A stretch of DNA of 64,000 nt from Pseudomonadota bacterium. GTDB taxonomy: Bacteria; Bdellovibrionota; Bdellovibrionia; Bdellovibrionales; SG-bin7. Both the position numbers and the translations under genes were made by a program. Below are positions 9,177 to 19,197 of this stretch, piece by piece. The number at the start of each line of letters is the position of its first letter. Position 1 is the first letter of the stretch. A model generated the notes under the pieces. The model saw only the letters and a list, made by a program, of their open reading frames with translations. It was not told where the DNA came from and did not search any database. The stretch spans positions 1 to 64,000 of the forward strand of contig JAWXAY010000029.1 of the NCBI GenBank assembly GCA_034439715.1. The letters run 5' to 3'.

Positions 9177-9761
9177 CCGACTATTAAATCCCGAAATAAG
9201 AGTAAAATCTAAATCACCTTGGCGTAAACACTCAAGCTTGTCGTCAGTAATCTTTACCACTGTGCTGGCCGCACTGACGGCGAGAGGCTCCATCCAATCC
9301 ACACATAAAACTTCACCTGGTAACCAACTAAGGTCTTCTCGCTTTAATGCAGCACTTTGGCCCGTAGGGTTTGCACTTGTGGTCGTGATGACACCGTTAA
9401 AGGTTCTAAAGAGCCCACGCACAAAAGGATGACTTGAGCAACGCAATCCCACATATCCCGTGTCTCCACTAATTACTGTTGGCACTGAAGCTTTGCACCT
9501 TAATACAAAAGTCACTGGCCCCGGCCAAAAAACTTCTAAAAATTTTTCGATTTTGGGAGTCACATGTGCCAGTTGTTTAGCTTGGTAATTGTCTTTGACC
9601 AAAACACTCATCGCTTTGGCTTCGTTACGTCCTTTAATTTCAAAAATTTTTTCTAAAGACTTAGGAAAGCGAATATCGGCTCCCAAACCCCAAACGGTTT
9701 CTGTGGGGTAAGCTAAAATTCCACCGCTCTCAAGATGAGTTTTAATTATGTCAAATTTCAC
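9159..9761 (-). CDS. tsaC: L-threonylcarbamoyladenylate synthase (TsaC/Sua5/YrdC)
   Basis: YPTETVWGLG, KGR, FWPGPVT, TTSANPTG, STVV. Confidence 0.93.
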   Translation of the reverse strand: MKFDIIKTHLESGGILAYPTETVWGLGADIRFPKSLEKIFEIKGRNEAKAMSVLVKDNYQAKQLAHVTPKIEKFLEVFWPGPVTFVLRCKASVPTVISGDTGYVGLRCSSHPFVRGLFRTFNGVITTTSANPTGQSAALKREDLSWLPGEVLCVDWMEPLAVSAASTVVKITDDKLECLRQGDLDFTLISGFNSRLERHS

Positions 9762-11038
9762 TATTTTTCCAAAATATTTTTATTGAGTACCCTTTGCCCA
9801 ATGTCAGTTCGTATTTGCAGACCTGGCCAAGAAACTTTATTCGCCTGGCTGTAGGCAAGCTCGATGGCCTCCATTAGTGTTGAACCAAGACCGACGGCAT
9901 TTAATACTCGCCCGCCCTGAGTCACGTATTTGCCTTGAGCATCCTTTTTTGTACCCGCATGAAGAAAATAACTCGAATGAGTTTCATAAGAAATATTTCC
10001 CTCTATTGCAATATTTTTTTTGGGAGCCTCAGGATAGCCAGGTGCCGCCATCACCACGCAAGTACAAAACAAAGGACGCCACCTCATAGTGATCAATTCT
10101 CCATTGGCAAGTGCCATAAACACTTGTCCCCAATCCCCATATAGCAACGGCAATATGGCTTGGGCTTCTGGATCGCCAAAACGTACGTTAAACTCTAGGA
10201 CCGAAGGACCTTCGGGGGTAATCATCATGCCGATATACAAAATTCCGCGATAATCCCAGTTTTTTTTTTGCATGAGTTCCATTATGGGAGACAAAATCAG
10301 CGATTGAATTTGTGTTTCAAGAGCAGCGTCTATTTTTAGAGGTGCCACTACACCCATGCCACCTGTATTGGGGCCCAAATCTCCGTCACTCAGTCTTTTA
10401 TGATCTTGCGCGAGCGGCAAGGGGCGATAAGAAATACCATTAGTTAAAATTAAGTAACTTAATTCCCAACCGCTTTTAAATTCTTCAATAAAAGCCCTTT
10501 GGCCGGCCTCGCCCAATTCTTTTTTTACAAAGACACGGTGACCAGCCTCTGACAATTCAGCGATATCTTTACAAACAAAGACGCCTTTGCCGGCGGCCAA
10601 GCCATCAGCTTTAAATATATAGGGCGCACTAAATTTTTCGCTAGCTTTTAAAAGTTCATCTATGCTTTTTACTTCTTGATATTTAGCCGTGGGTACCCCA
10701 GCCTCGAGCATAAATTCTTTAGCAAAAATTTTACTGGCTTCTAATTGCGCCTGTTTTTTGTTTGGCCCCACTACTAAAATATTTCGGCGCCGGAGCTCGT
10801 CGGCCAAACCATTTGCGAGTGGAACCTCGGGACCAATCACTACAAGATCAATATGTGTATTTTTTATGAAGGCTACGACTGGTTCTACGCTCTGGCCATC
10901 CCAAGCGTGACATAAAGCATCGTGCGATATGCCATCACTTCCCGAAAAGGCATGAACTTCAGAAACCGAAGGACTTAATTTTAAGGCCTTGATCATTGCG
11001 TGTTCACGGCCGCCTTGGCCAATAACTAAAACTTTCAT
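9761..11038 (-). CDS. purD: Phosphoribosylamine-glycine ligase
   Basis: GGREHA, GPEVPL, KADGLAAGKGV, QDHKR, GPNTGGMG, EFNVRFGDPE. Confidence 0.98.
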   Translation of the reverse strand: MKVLVIGQGGREHAMIKALKLSPSVSEVHAFSGSDGISHDALCHAWDGQSVEPVVAFIKNTHIDLVVIGPEVPLANGLADELRRRNILVVGPNKKQAQLEASKIFAKEFMLEAGVPTAKYQEVKSIDELLKASEKFSAPYIFKADGLAAGKGVFVCKDIAELSEAGHRVFVKKELGEAGQRAFIEEFKSGWELSYLILTNGISYRPLPLAQDHKRLSDGDLGPNTGGMGVVAPLKIDAALETQIQSLILSPIMELMQKKNWDYRGILYIGMMITPEGPSVLEFNVRFGDPEAQAILPLLYGDWGQVFMALANGELITMRWRPLFCTCVVMAAPGYPEAPKKNIAIEGNISYETHSSYFLHAGTKKDAQGKYVTQGGRVLNAVGLGSTLMEAIELAYSQANKVSWPGLQIRTDIGQRVLNKNILEK

Positions 11039-11112
11039 GTGCCTTAGTCATAACTTTAATTTACCTAGAGAGTCAAATGTGGCAGACTGGTTGAACTTAT
11101 GGAAAAAGACAC

Positions 11113-12291
11113 GTGGAAAAAGTAGTTATCGTTGCTGGAAAACGCACGCCCTTTGGATCTTTTGGTGGAAGCCTTAAAGAAGTTGGTGCAACTCAATTAG
11201 GTGTTGCCGCCTCATTGGGCACCTTGAAATCAATAGATTTTAAAGCCAGCGAAATTGAACATGTGATTTTTGGCAATGTCGTGCAGTCGGGGAGTGACGC
11301 TGCCTATGTACCGCGACATATTGGTTTACATGTGGGAGTCCCGATCACAGCTGGCGCACTGGGTGTTAATCGCCTTTGTGGGAGTGGCTTTCAGGCTATC
11401 ATCAATGCCGCCCAAATGATTACGGGTGGCGATGCTAAAGTAGTGCTCGCGGGTGGTGTTGAACAAATGTCGCAGTTTCCTTATATCGTGCGGGGAGCAC
11501 GCTGGGGAATTCGTATGGGTCCGAGCGAGCTCGAAGATTGTATGACTTCAGCATTGACCGATGCTTATTCTAAAACTTCAATGGCGATCACGGCAGAAAA
11601 CTTGGCCGAAAAATATTCTATTTCGCGAGAAGCTTGTGACGAGCACTCTATTCGCTCGCAGACTCGCTTCCAAAATGCTCTTGATAAAAAATATATTGCG
11701 GATGAACTTGTGAGTGTAAAAATCGAAACCAAAAATGGTCCGCTAGATTTTTTGCATGACGAACATCCCCGCCCCGGAATTACACTTGAAAAAGTTCGCG
11801 GCATGAAGCCACTATTCAAAAAAAATGGTACGGTCACGGCGGCCACGGCCTCGGGCATTGTCGACGGCGCGGCCGCTTGTTTAATGATGAGTGAAAGTGA
11901 AGCTAAAAGGCGTGGGCTTAAGCCAATGTCCCGAATTGTTTCTTGGGCGGCAGTGGGCTGTGAGCCAAGCATTATGGGCATAGGGCCCGTGATGGCAATC
12001 AAAACGGCGCTTGCGCGCGCCGGTCTCACGCTAAAAGATATGGACCTTGTTGAGGTCAACGAAGCTTTTTCAGCCCAATATTTATCCGTCGAAAAAGAAT
12101 TAGATTTAAATCCTGAAATCACCAATGTTAATGGTGGTGCCGTAGCGGTTGGTCATCCACTCGGGGCCTCAGGGACACGTATTATAAATTTATTAATGTA
12201 TGAATTAGCTCGGCGCAAGGCCCACTACGCTGTGGGTTCGGCCTGTATCGGTGGCGGTCAAGGAATTGCGATTATAATTGAAAGACTTTAG
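11113..12291 (+). CDS. Acetyl-CoA C-acyltransferase (thiolase)
   Basis: NRLCGSG, EVNEAF, GHPLGASG, CIGGGQG. Confidence 0.96.
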   Translation: MEKVVIVAGKRTPFGSFGGSLKEVGATQLGVAASLGTLKSIDFKASEIEHVIFGNVVQSGSDAAYVPRHIGLHVGVPITAGALGVNRLCGSGFQAIINAAQMITGGDAKVVLAGGVEQMSQFPYIVRGARWGIRMGPSELEDCMTSALTDAYSKTSMAITAENLAEKYSISREACDEHSIRSQTRFQNALDKKYIADELVSVKIETKNGPLDFLHDEHPRPGITLEKVRGMKPLFKKNGTVTAATASGIVDGAAACLMMSESEAKRRGLKPMSRIVSWAAVGCEPSIMGIGPVMAIKTALARAGLTLKDMDLVEVNEAFSAQYLSVEKELDLNPEITNVNGGAVAVGHPLGASGTRIINLLMYELARRKAHYAVGSACIGGGQGIAIIIERL

Positions 12292-12297
12292 TTAAGA

Positions 12298-13968
12298 ATG
12301 GTAAAATCTAAGCTTCTCTCTAACCCGATCACTCGCATTCTAATTGTTTTTTCGGCACTATTTCTTTTAGATTATTTTTTTTTGAATGAAGTAATAGGTT
12401 GGTTTTTTCGTGCCTTATTCAAGGAGAGCACCGCACTTCGAGCCTATGTTTTCTTTGGCTGCTATTTGTCCCTAATACTCACAACAGCTATTTTGCTCCT
12501 TACTCCTTATCTAGCGATTCCGACTTTTTTGTTTTCACTCTTCTTTGTTGGTATTGGTGCCCTGTATTCAAATATAAACCGTGAGCCCTTCGGACTTCTA
12601 GATATTGAAACAGCTCTGCGATATTTTGACTTCGCCAGTCAAGCAGTAGAAACTTACTGGAGAACTGGCCTCAAAACAATTGCGCTGCCATTTCTTTTAT
12701 ATTCAATGCTCTTTATCTTAATTCGAAAAAAAGTTGAAAAGGTTTCGTTTCGTTGGTTGAGTCTCGCCTTATTGGGAGTTTTTGCTGGAACATTTTTGAC
12801 TGTCCGTTCTGCCGGGTCTCATGTAAGAGCCTTTCCACGCTATTTACAGCCAGCGTTCATAGTTGGTTTGAATTTTTTTAATCGACCCTACATCGGCCCC
12901 AGAGATAAACTTTATATTGAGCCGACACAAAATGTACCACGAGCTCGCCATATTATTATGATCATGGATGAATCCGTGCGTGCAGACCTTATGAGTATAA
13001 ATGGCTACAATGTTGAAACAACTCCTTTCCTTAAACAACAAGCGGGACTTCTATTAAACTTTGGCGTAGCGTCGAGTTTAAGTAATTCCAGCTCATCATC
13101 GAACTATGGCGTACTAACAGGAATGAAAATGCGGGACCTGCCAGACAAGAAGCAAAAATCTCGACGAATGCCGCTGATTTTTGATTACGCAAATTCACAA
13201 ACTCCAACAAGAACTTTTTTGTGGGCCCAAACTAGTTTTGGTCCGCAAAAACAAAAGTTTGAGTTCAATGGAATTGATACTATTGATTTGTTGAGTGAAA
13301 TGCCTTCAGTTCGTCCCTATCTTTACGACCGCATCGTGATAGATAAACTAGATGATATTACAAAAAAGGCTACTTATTCTTTTACTTGGGTAAACAAGAG
13401 AGGATCCCATTTTGATTATGATTCGACTTACCCGATTGAAAAAACCATTTTTAAGCCCACCTACAAAGAATCGAATGCCGATGACCAAGCCGCACTCTTA
13501 AATAGTTACTATAATTCTCTCCGCTGGGGAGTTGACCAGTTTTTTAAGGAGCTCTTTTTGCGTTTGAAAGATCGCGACATCATTGTGGTATATACTTCTG
13601 ATCACGGGCAATCAATATTAGAAAATGGCATCCCTGGGACACACAATCGTACATATAATATTAGCTGGACCCAAGCTAGCGTACCGATCATGGTCATGGG
13701 ATTTAATAGCGCCAACCGAAAACTTATAGAATCCTTGTATCTTCCAGAAAATAAAAATCGAACTTCAGCTGAACAGATTTTTCCGACACTTCTTTATCTA
13801 TTGGGCTATTCTTTTAACGACATTCAAATGTTTTATGCGCCAAGCCTATTTGAGAAAATTCCTGAAGGTACGCGTGTGTTTCTTTCAGGCGATATGTGGG
13901 GATTTGGACCCGCTGTCAGCAATGTCTTCTTGCCCAAGAGCTTGACGGGGCCCAACGGTTCGCCATAA
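12298..13968 (+). CDS. Membrane-anchored sulfatase / phosphoethanolamine-transferase-like protein
   Basis: About 5 N-terminal TM helices; IMDESVRAD, GSHFDY, NSYYNSL, YTSDHGQ. Confidence 0.8.
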   Translation: MVKSKLLSNPITRILIVFSALFLLDYFFLNEVIGWFFRALFKESTALRAYVFFGCYLSLILTTAILLLTPYLAIPTFLFSLFFVGIGALYSNINREPFGLLDIETALRYFDFASQAVETYWRTGLKTIALPFLLYSMLFILIRKKVEKVSFRWLSLALLGVFAGTFLTVRSAGSHVRAFPRYLQPAFIVGLNFFNRPYIGPRDKLYIEPTQNVPRARHIIMIMDESVRADLMSINGYNVETTPFLKQQAGLLLNFGVASSLSNSSSSSNYGVLTGMKMRDLPDKKQKSRRMPLIFDYANSQTPTRTFLWAQTSFGPQKQKFEFNGIDTIDLLSEMPSVRPYLYDRIVIDKLDDITKKATYSFTWVNKRGSHFDYDSTYPIEKTIFKPTYKESNADDQAALLNSYYNSLRWGVDQFFKELFLRLKDRDIIVVYTSDHGQSILENGIPGTHNRTYNISWTQASVPIMVMGFNSANRKLIESLYLPENKNRTSAEQIFPTLLYLLGYSFNDIQMFYAPSLFEKIPEGTRVFLSGDMWGFGPAVSNVFLPKSLTGPNGSP

Positions 13969-13969
13969 T
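13942..13969 (+). promoter_or_regulatory. sigma70-like promoter for gcdH
   Basis: TTGACG-N16-CATAAT, upstream of the GGAG RBS and ATG 13997. Confidence 0.55.
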
Positions 13970-13996
13970 AGTAGATAAACTTTAACGGAGAAACCC

Positions 13997-15163
13997 ATGA
14001 AACCCTATACCGCAATTGATTTTTACAACATCGACGAACTTCTCAGTGAGGAAGAAAAACAAATTCGCGACACAGTTCGCGATTTTGTTTCTAAAGAAAT
14101 CATACCTATCATTGACGAAAATTTTATGAAGGACACTTTCCCGAAAAGTTTAATCCCTAAATTAGCTGAACTAGGTACTTTTGGTTCAACCATCCAGGGC
14201 TATGATTGCGCGGGTTTAAATTACACAAGCTATGGTTTAATTATGCAAGAGCTTGAGCGCGGCGATAGCGGCATTCGGAGTGTGGTGAGTGTGCAGGGCG
14301 CTTTATGTATGTTTCCAATTTTTTCTTACGCGTCTGAAGAACTTAAACAAAAATACCTTCCTAAAATGGCAAAGGGTGAACTTATCGGCTGCTTTGGCTT
14401 AACTGAACCCGATTTTGGTTCTAACCCAGGCGGGATGGTTACTCGCGCAAAAAAAGATGGAAACCATTATATTCTTAATGGTGCTAAATCTTGGATTACC
14501 AGCGGCGGCATTGCCGATCTCGCAATTGTATGGGCCAAAAATGACGAAGGTAAAATTTGCGGTTTTATTGTTGAGAAAGGTACAAAAGGGTTTACCACGC
14601 GAGACATTCACAAAAAATTTAGTTTACGTGCATCGGTGACCTCAGAACTTCATTTTCAAGACTGCCGGGTGCCAGCAACACATTTATTAAATGTGCAGGG
14701 ACTGAAGGGGCCATTTTCTTGTCTTAACAATGCCCGCTTTGGAATTTCGTGGGGAGTGCTGGGTGCTGCCATGGCTTGCTTTGACGAGGCACTTCGTTAT
14801 TCAAAGACTCGTATTCAGTTTGATAAACCGATTGCCAGCTTTCAGTTGGTGCAAGCTAAACTCGCTAACATGTTCACCGAAATCACCAAAGGGCAACTGC
14901 TAGCCCTACGTCTTGGCCGGCTAAAGGATGCGGGTAAAGCCATTCCCCAACAAATCTCTATGGCTAAAATGAATAATACGGCAATGGCGCTTAACATAGC
15001 TCGAGTCACGCGTGATATTTTGGGAGCATCAGGTATTACACATGAGTATCAATGCGGCCGCCACATTCTGAATCTAGAAAGCGTTAATACCTATGAAGGC
15101 ACCGAAGACATCCATCGCCTTATCTTGGGTGAATATGTCACTGGAATACCCGCTTATAAATAA
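13997..15163 (+). CDS. gcdH: Glutaryl-CoA dehydrogenase-type acyl-CoA dehydrogenase
   Basis: ELERGDSGIRS, CFGLTEPDFGS, SLRASVT, NTYEGTEDIH. Confidence 0.85.
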   Translation: MKPYTAIDFYNIDELLSEEEKQIRDTVRDFVSKEIIPIIDENFMKDTFPKSLIPKLAELGTFGSTIQGYDCAGLNYTSYGLIMQELERGDSGIRSVVSVQGALCMFPIFSYASEELKQKYLPKMAKGELIGCFGLTEPDFGSNPGGMVTRAKKDGNHYILNGAKSWITSGGIADLAIVWAKNDEGKICGFIVEKGTKGFTTRDIHKKFSLRASVTSELHFQDCRVPATHLLNVQGLKGPFSCLNNARFGISWGVLGAAMACFDEALRYSKTRIQFDKPIASFQLVQAKLANMFTEITKGQLLALRLGRLKDAGKAIPQQISMAKMNNTAMALNIARVTRDILGASGITHEYQCGRHILNLESVNTYEGTEDIHRLILGEYVTGIPAYK

Positions 15164-15176
15164 AGACTAGGTCTAG

Positions 15177-15205
15177 TTGTCTAATTAACCAAAAATATTT
15201 AGGCT
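15177..15205 (+). promoter_or_regulatory. sigma70-like promoter (probably leaderless)
   Basis: TTGTCT-N17-TAGGCT-N6-ATG. Confidence 0.45.
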
Positions 15206-15211
15206 TAAGCT

Positions 15212-15697
15212 ATGAGAATAATTCTAATATCTACACTTTGTCTTATTTTTAGTTTCGAACAAGTTGGAATAGCGCAGATGCTTTCGGGCGGACTACCTGG
15301 TAGTCGAGGTGGCCAAGAGTTTTATGTTGGCAAAGACGAGGGTAAACCCCTCATCACAGTAAACATAATTAGCGGAGTCATGAATTCGGGTGTGTATCAT
15401 GTGCCTATCGACACGACTCTCGCCCAACTTATCGCTTTTGCTGGAGGAGCTGAGACAAATGCTCAGCTTGATGAAATTACAATCAGAAGGCAGAAAACTA
15501 AAGAGCAGATTGAAATACTGCAAATCGATTTCAAAAAAATAGTTTCGAGCTCTGGCCCGATGCCTACACTTTATGACAAAGACATTGTAGATATTCCAGA
15601 GAGTCGAATTCTTGAGAAGTCAGCTCTGATTACTTCGATCGTTGGCGCTGTACTTGGAATAGTTTTAGCAGTTCAGGCAATTGAACGAGCTAACTGA
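15212..15697 (+). CDS. SLBB-domain polysaccharide export protein (minimal Wza/OPX-like)
   Basis: Signal peptide; VNIISGVMNSGVYHVP...TLAQLIAFAGG...LYDKDIVDIP; C-terminal hydrophobic helix. Confidence 0.75.
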   Translation: MRIILISTLCLIFSFEQVGIAQMLSGGLPGSRGGQEFYVGKDEGKPLITVNIISGVMNSGVYHVPIDTTLAQLIAFAGGAETNAQLDEITIRRQKTKEQIEILQIDFKKIVSSSGPMPTLYDKDIVDIPESRILEKSALITSIVGAVLGIVLAVQAIERAN

Positions 15698-15699
15698 AC

Positions 15700-16920
15700 C
15701 TAGATTTGGGTTGTAGAGTGGTGCCTAAGTACTGAGTGAGCGCCGACGGGCGCATAACAAAGTAGAATTGCCAATAGCCCCATTCCTCCGTAAAAATACT
15801 CACCACCTAATCCCCCAACAAAGGCTGTCACAAGAGCCGCCTTTAATGGAATTGAAATTCCAATTTTTTTAGACTCTTCGCCATTGGCATGTCGCCACAT
15901 CCTTGAGAAAATCAAAATCACAAGGCCTCCTCCAATAAGTCCTGTTTCCAAAAATATTTGAAGCCAGAAATTATGACTACCTGTCCACCAAAGACCCGTC
16001 ATGCCACCTCTATGATGAAAACCCGTACCAAAAATGGGAGCATTGGGAAATTTAACAATCTCATTCATCCAAGTCATCACTCTTTCGCCGTCGCTAACTT
16101 GAATTTGAGAAGAATTGGCAGACTCACTAGGTGAAATAATTAACCTAGAAACCTCCAATCTGAATTCTTCGTTAAAAATAAAAAGACCCCCTAATGCAAT
16201 TAAGCAAGCGAATATTCCCACAAGAACCCGAGCTCTTAATAATCCTCGGGCATAGGCAAGGTAAACAAAACCAGAGACTGCAGCAAGCCAGCCCCCTCGA
16301 CCTTTGGTGAAAGAAAATCCAACTAAAATAATAATTAGACTAAACTTTACAGCCTGCCTCCACCGGGGAGCACCATAACCTACAACTAACAATCCGGTCA
16401 GAAAGATTATAAAAATAGCCAAAACATTGCTTACTAGATTTAAAGCTTTGTAATAAAAATCGATAGTCGCTTCGGTTTTTAGACTGGGGTGGCCGGGGGA
16501 CAAAATTGTGGAGGCTCCCAGTATCAAACAGGCTCCCAAAATCATCCAATCAAAATCATTCCGAATTGATTCGAACTGCAGCTTTCTTGAAATTATAACG
16601 GGAATGGCAGCATACATTGCGAATTTTCCAATTTTTAACAAACTAAAACTCACGATGGCATTAGGCTTACTATATTGATAAGAAAAATAAATTAACAACA
16701 CGCCAAGCACTGACCAAAAAACAAAAGCGAGTCCTGGCCTGAGAATATAATCCATATAAATATATTTTCGATTTTTTGTAGGATCAATAATCAAAAGGGC
16801 CAATATGGGAATTGCCATTATGTCGCCGGTCTCTAGAACTCCCAAGCCGGTATCAAAATACCCAAAGTTTGGAAGAAAAAGCGTCGGCAGTAAAAAAAGC
16901 CAAAGCCAATACGATTTCAA
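15700..16920 (-). CDS. O-antigen ligase/polymerase family (Wzy_C) membrane protein
   Basis: About 10-11 TM segments; TKGRGGW, R..W, PIFGTGF, HNFWLQIFLETGLIG. Confidence 0.85.
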   Translation of the reverse strand: MKSYWLWLFLLPTLFLPNFGYFDTGLGVLETGDIMAIPILALLIIDPTKNRKYIYMDYILRPGLAFVFWSVLGVLLIYFSYQYSKPNAIVSFSLLKIGKFAMYAAIPVIISRKLQFESIRNDFDWMILGACLILGASTILSPGHPSLKTEATIDFYYKALNLVSNVLAIFIIFLTGLLVVGYGAPRWRQAVKFSLIIILVGFSFTKGRGGWLAAVSGFVYLAYARGLLRARVLVGIFACLIALGGLFIFNEEFRLEVSRLIISPSESANSSQIQVSDGERVMTWMNEIVKFPNAPIFGTGFHHRGGMTGLWWTGSHNFWLQIFLETGLIGGGLVILIFSRMWRHANGEESKKIGISIPLKAALVTAFVGGLGGEYFYGGMGLLAILLCYAPVGAHSVLRHHSTTQI

Positions 16921-16990
16921 AAATCACCACTACTCATACACATAATTGTATAGCATGTTACTCGAGAAGGTAAACCTTGCGGGACCTAAG

Positions 16991-17950
16991 TCATACAGCA
17001 AACTTATTAAATCTTGCACTGACTTTCTGCATAACTACATTAGTTACCGAAAATGGAGTCAGCTTTACAGCAGAATGAGCCAATGCTACTCCCTCTACTA
17101 TACCTCTTATCCCTTGCAGCAGAGTCATTAGGTTTCGCGAAGATTTTGTATATGATCCGATTAGCAGTCCTAATCGCACAAACGCTGTGAAAAAATGAAA
17201 CCAAGACAAATGTCTCAAAATTATTGTGGTACGATTGCGGGCGAGGGACCATACATAATTGGGTACTTCGGGAACTCGACAACCACCTGTTGAGAAGGCC
17301 AAATGTATAAGTCTGGCATCTGGGCTAAAAATAATCACTTTTTCTAATCTCTTTACTCTTAAGCAAAAATCTGTTTCTTCGTAAAGCGCGGCTCCAATGC
17401 CCAGGCCCTCATCAAATCCGCCAACCCGCCTGATTATACCTTGCTTAACAGAAAAATTTCCCCCCGGTGCCTGCAGCACTTCTTGTCGAACCTTTGAGTT
17501 AAAATCTCGGTGTGGTGTGGCCGTCCAATAGTTAAATTTTCCGGTACGAGTAGGATTTTTATTTTCATGACGGTGGGCCTCATCTATGCCCCCGGCCACA
17601 AGCGCCACCCGAGGTGCCGCTAATTCAATGCAATGTTTCGTTACAAAGTCAGTTGGTATTTTTACATCATCATCTATAAAAATAATAAACTCATGGGAGC
17701 AAATTTGCCACCCAAAATTTCTGGCTCGCGGTAATCCTTTAAAATTTACTAAAAAATATTTTAGTGTTATATTTTGTTTATCATGGTTTTCAATAAATTT
17801 AATGACCTTGTCGGAGACTTGTTCAGACTGATCCACAATAACTATCTCTAGTCCACCGTGCTCTTGTTTCAATAGATCATCTAAAGTATCCATCAAACAT
17901 GACTCACGATTTAGAGTGGGAATGACAATACTTACTGGCGGTAAACTCAT
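16991..17950 (-). CDS. Glycosyltransferase family 2
   Basis: SIVIPTLNR, IVDQS, ARNFG, FIDDD, GGFDE, EETD. Confidence 0.93.
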   Translation of the reverse strand: MSLPPVSIVIPTLNRESCLMDTLDDLLKQEHGGLEIVIVDQSEQVSDKVIKFIENHDKQNITLKYFLVNFKGLPRARNFGWQICSHEFIIFIDDDVKIPTDFVTKHCIELAAPRVALVAGGIDEAHRHENKNPTRTGKFNYWTATPHRDFNSKVRQEVLQAPGGNFSVKQGIIRRVGGFDEGLGIGAALYEETDFCLRVKRLEKVIIFSPDARLIHLAFSTGGCRVPEVPNYVWSLARNRTTIILRHLSWFHFFTAFVRLGLLIGSYTKSSRNLMTLLQGIRGIVEGVALAHSAVKLTPFSVTNVVMQKVSARFNKFAV

Positions 17951-17953
17951 GCT

Positions 17954-19138
17954 TTAAACAGCCTTCCTAAAGTCGGTTTTTGACGGGGGGTAAAGTTCCA
18001 ACGTCGCCGAAATCACACGATCGAGAGAATAATTTTCTGTCACTAAAGTGCGCCCCACTAGGCCCATTGCCTCAAGTTTTTCTCGGCTATTAAGTAGAGT
18101 TTTTAGCGCATCTTTTAAAGGCGTAACTTCTCGGGCGGGCACAATAAGACCAGAAGCATTGGGAATAACCACGTCGCGACATCCGGGTTCGTCAGTCGTA
18201 ACAATCGGTCGACCACAGGCTGCGGCTTCTAATAGAGCCAAAGAAAGTCCCTCACGGTATGAAGGCAAACACACGATGTGACTTGAACGATAAATTTTAT
18301 TCATGTCCGATTGAAAACCCAACCACTCGACAAATCCTAGACTGATCCAGTTATTAATTTGTTGTTCAGAAATTTCAGCTCTACTATTTGAATCAATTGA
18401 ACCCGCTAACACAAGTTTAAATTTTTCACCCTGTTGGTACAAACGTTTACAGGCGTCTACTAGTTCAAAAAGTCCTTTATCCTTAACCATTCGTGAAGGA
18501 AATAAAATTACTGTCAATCCTGGCGGTAGCGGACTAATCTGAAATTTATTGATGTCTACCCCCGAGCCTCGAATAACCACAGTCTTTGATTCTTTGACCC
18601 AACCTCTTTCTAAAAACAGCTTTTGATCTTCATAGTTTTGAAAAATCACTTTCAAATTGTCTTTTGAAAATGAAATTTTAAAAAGTAAGCCTATGAGCCT
18701 TCGTAAAGCGGCACCCACCACTCCCGATCTAGTAAACGAAAAGCCAAGTCCGGTAATAGTGTGAACAAAGTAAGAGTCGGGAAAAAAGATACCAATCAAT
18801 GAGGAGTAGATTACCGGCTTCACTGATATCCCGTGTATGACATGCGGTCGCCACTTTTTAATTTTTATAAATAAATCGAATAGAGTCATTAGCTCTGAGA
18901 ATGGATTAAGGCTTTTTCGGTTTAACCTTAACTCTTCTACCTCAAAACCATGCCTTGAAATCTCCATAATTTCAGGAGACTTTGGGGCAAAAACCACTAC
19001 CCGATATCCCCGCTGCTGAGCTTTTTTAGCCAACTCTAGACGATGTGACAAAAAAAACGCGGGATTGTTCACAACATATGCTAGCGTCGAAGTGTTAGTC
19101 TGAGCCATATTGATATACTTTTCGGAATTTGCCATCAT
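17954..19138 (-). CDS. Glycosyltransferase family 4 (CapM/PglA-like)
   Basis: FFLSHR, GSGVD, RMVKDKG, LPSYREGLSLALLEA. Confidence 0.93.
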   Translation of the reverse strand: MMANSEKYINMAQTNTSTLAYVVNNPAFFLSHRLELAKKAQQRGYRVVVFAPKSPEIMEISRHGFEVEELRLNRKSLNPFSELMTLFDLFIKIKKWRPHVIHGISVKPVIYSSLIGIFFPDSYFVHTITGLGFSFTRSGVVGAALRRLIGLLFKISFSKDNLKVIFQNYEDQKLFLERGWVKESKTVVIRGSGVDINKFQISPLPPGLTVILFPSRMVKDKGLFELVDACKRLYQQGEKFKLVLAGSIDSNSRAEISEQQINNWISLGFVEWLGFQSDMNKIYRSSHIVCLPSYREGLSLALLEAAACGRPIVTTDEPGCRDVVIPNASGLIVPAREVTPLKDALKTLLNSREKLEAMGLVGRTLVTENYSLDRVISATLELYPPSKTDFRKAV

Positions 19139-19197
19139 CTAGTAAATAGAAGAATAGTGACTCAAACTAAAAAACTCACTAAGCTGGACCTTAGACA

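Noticed and set aside
11565..12125. Long antisense and alternate-frame ORFs (e.g. 11565-12125, 24253-24660, 51513-51905, 60672-61256)
   Set aside because: Shadows of well-supported genes, with no motifs or RBS.
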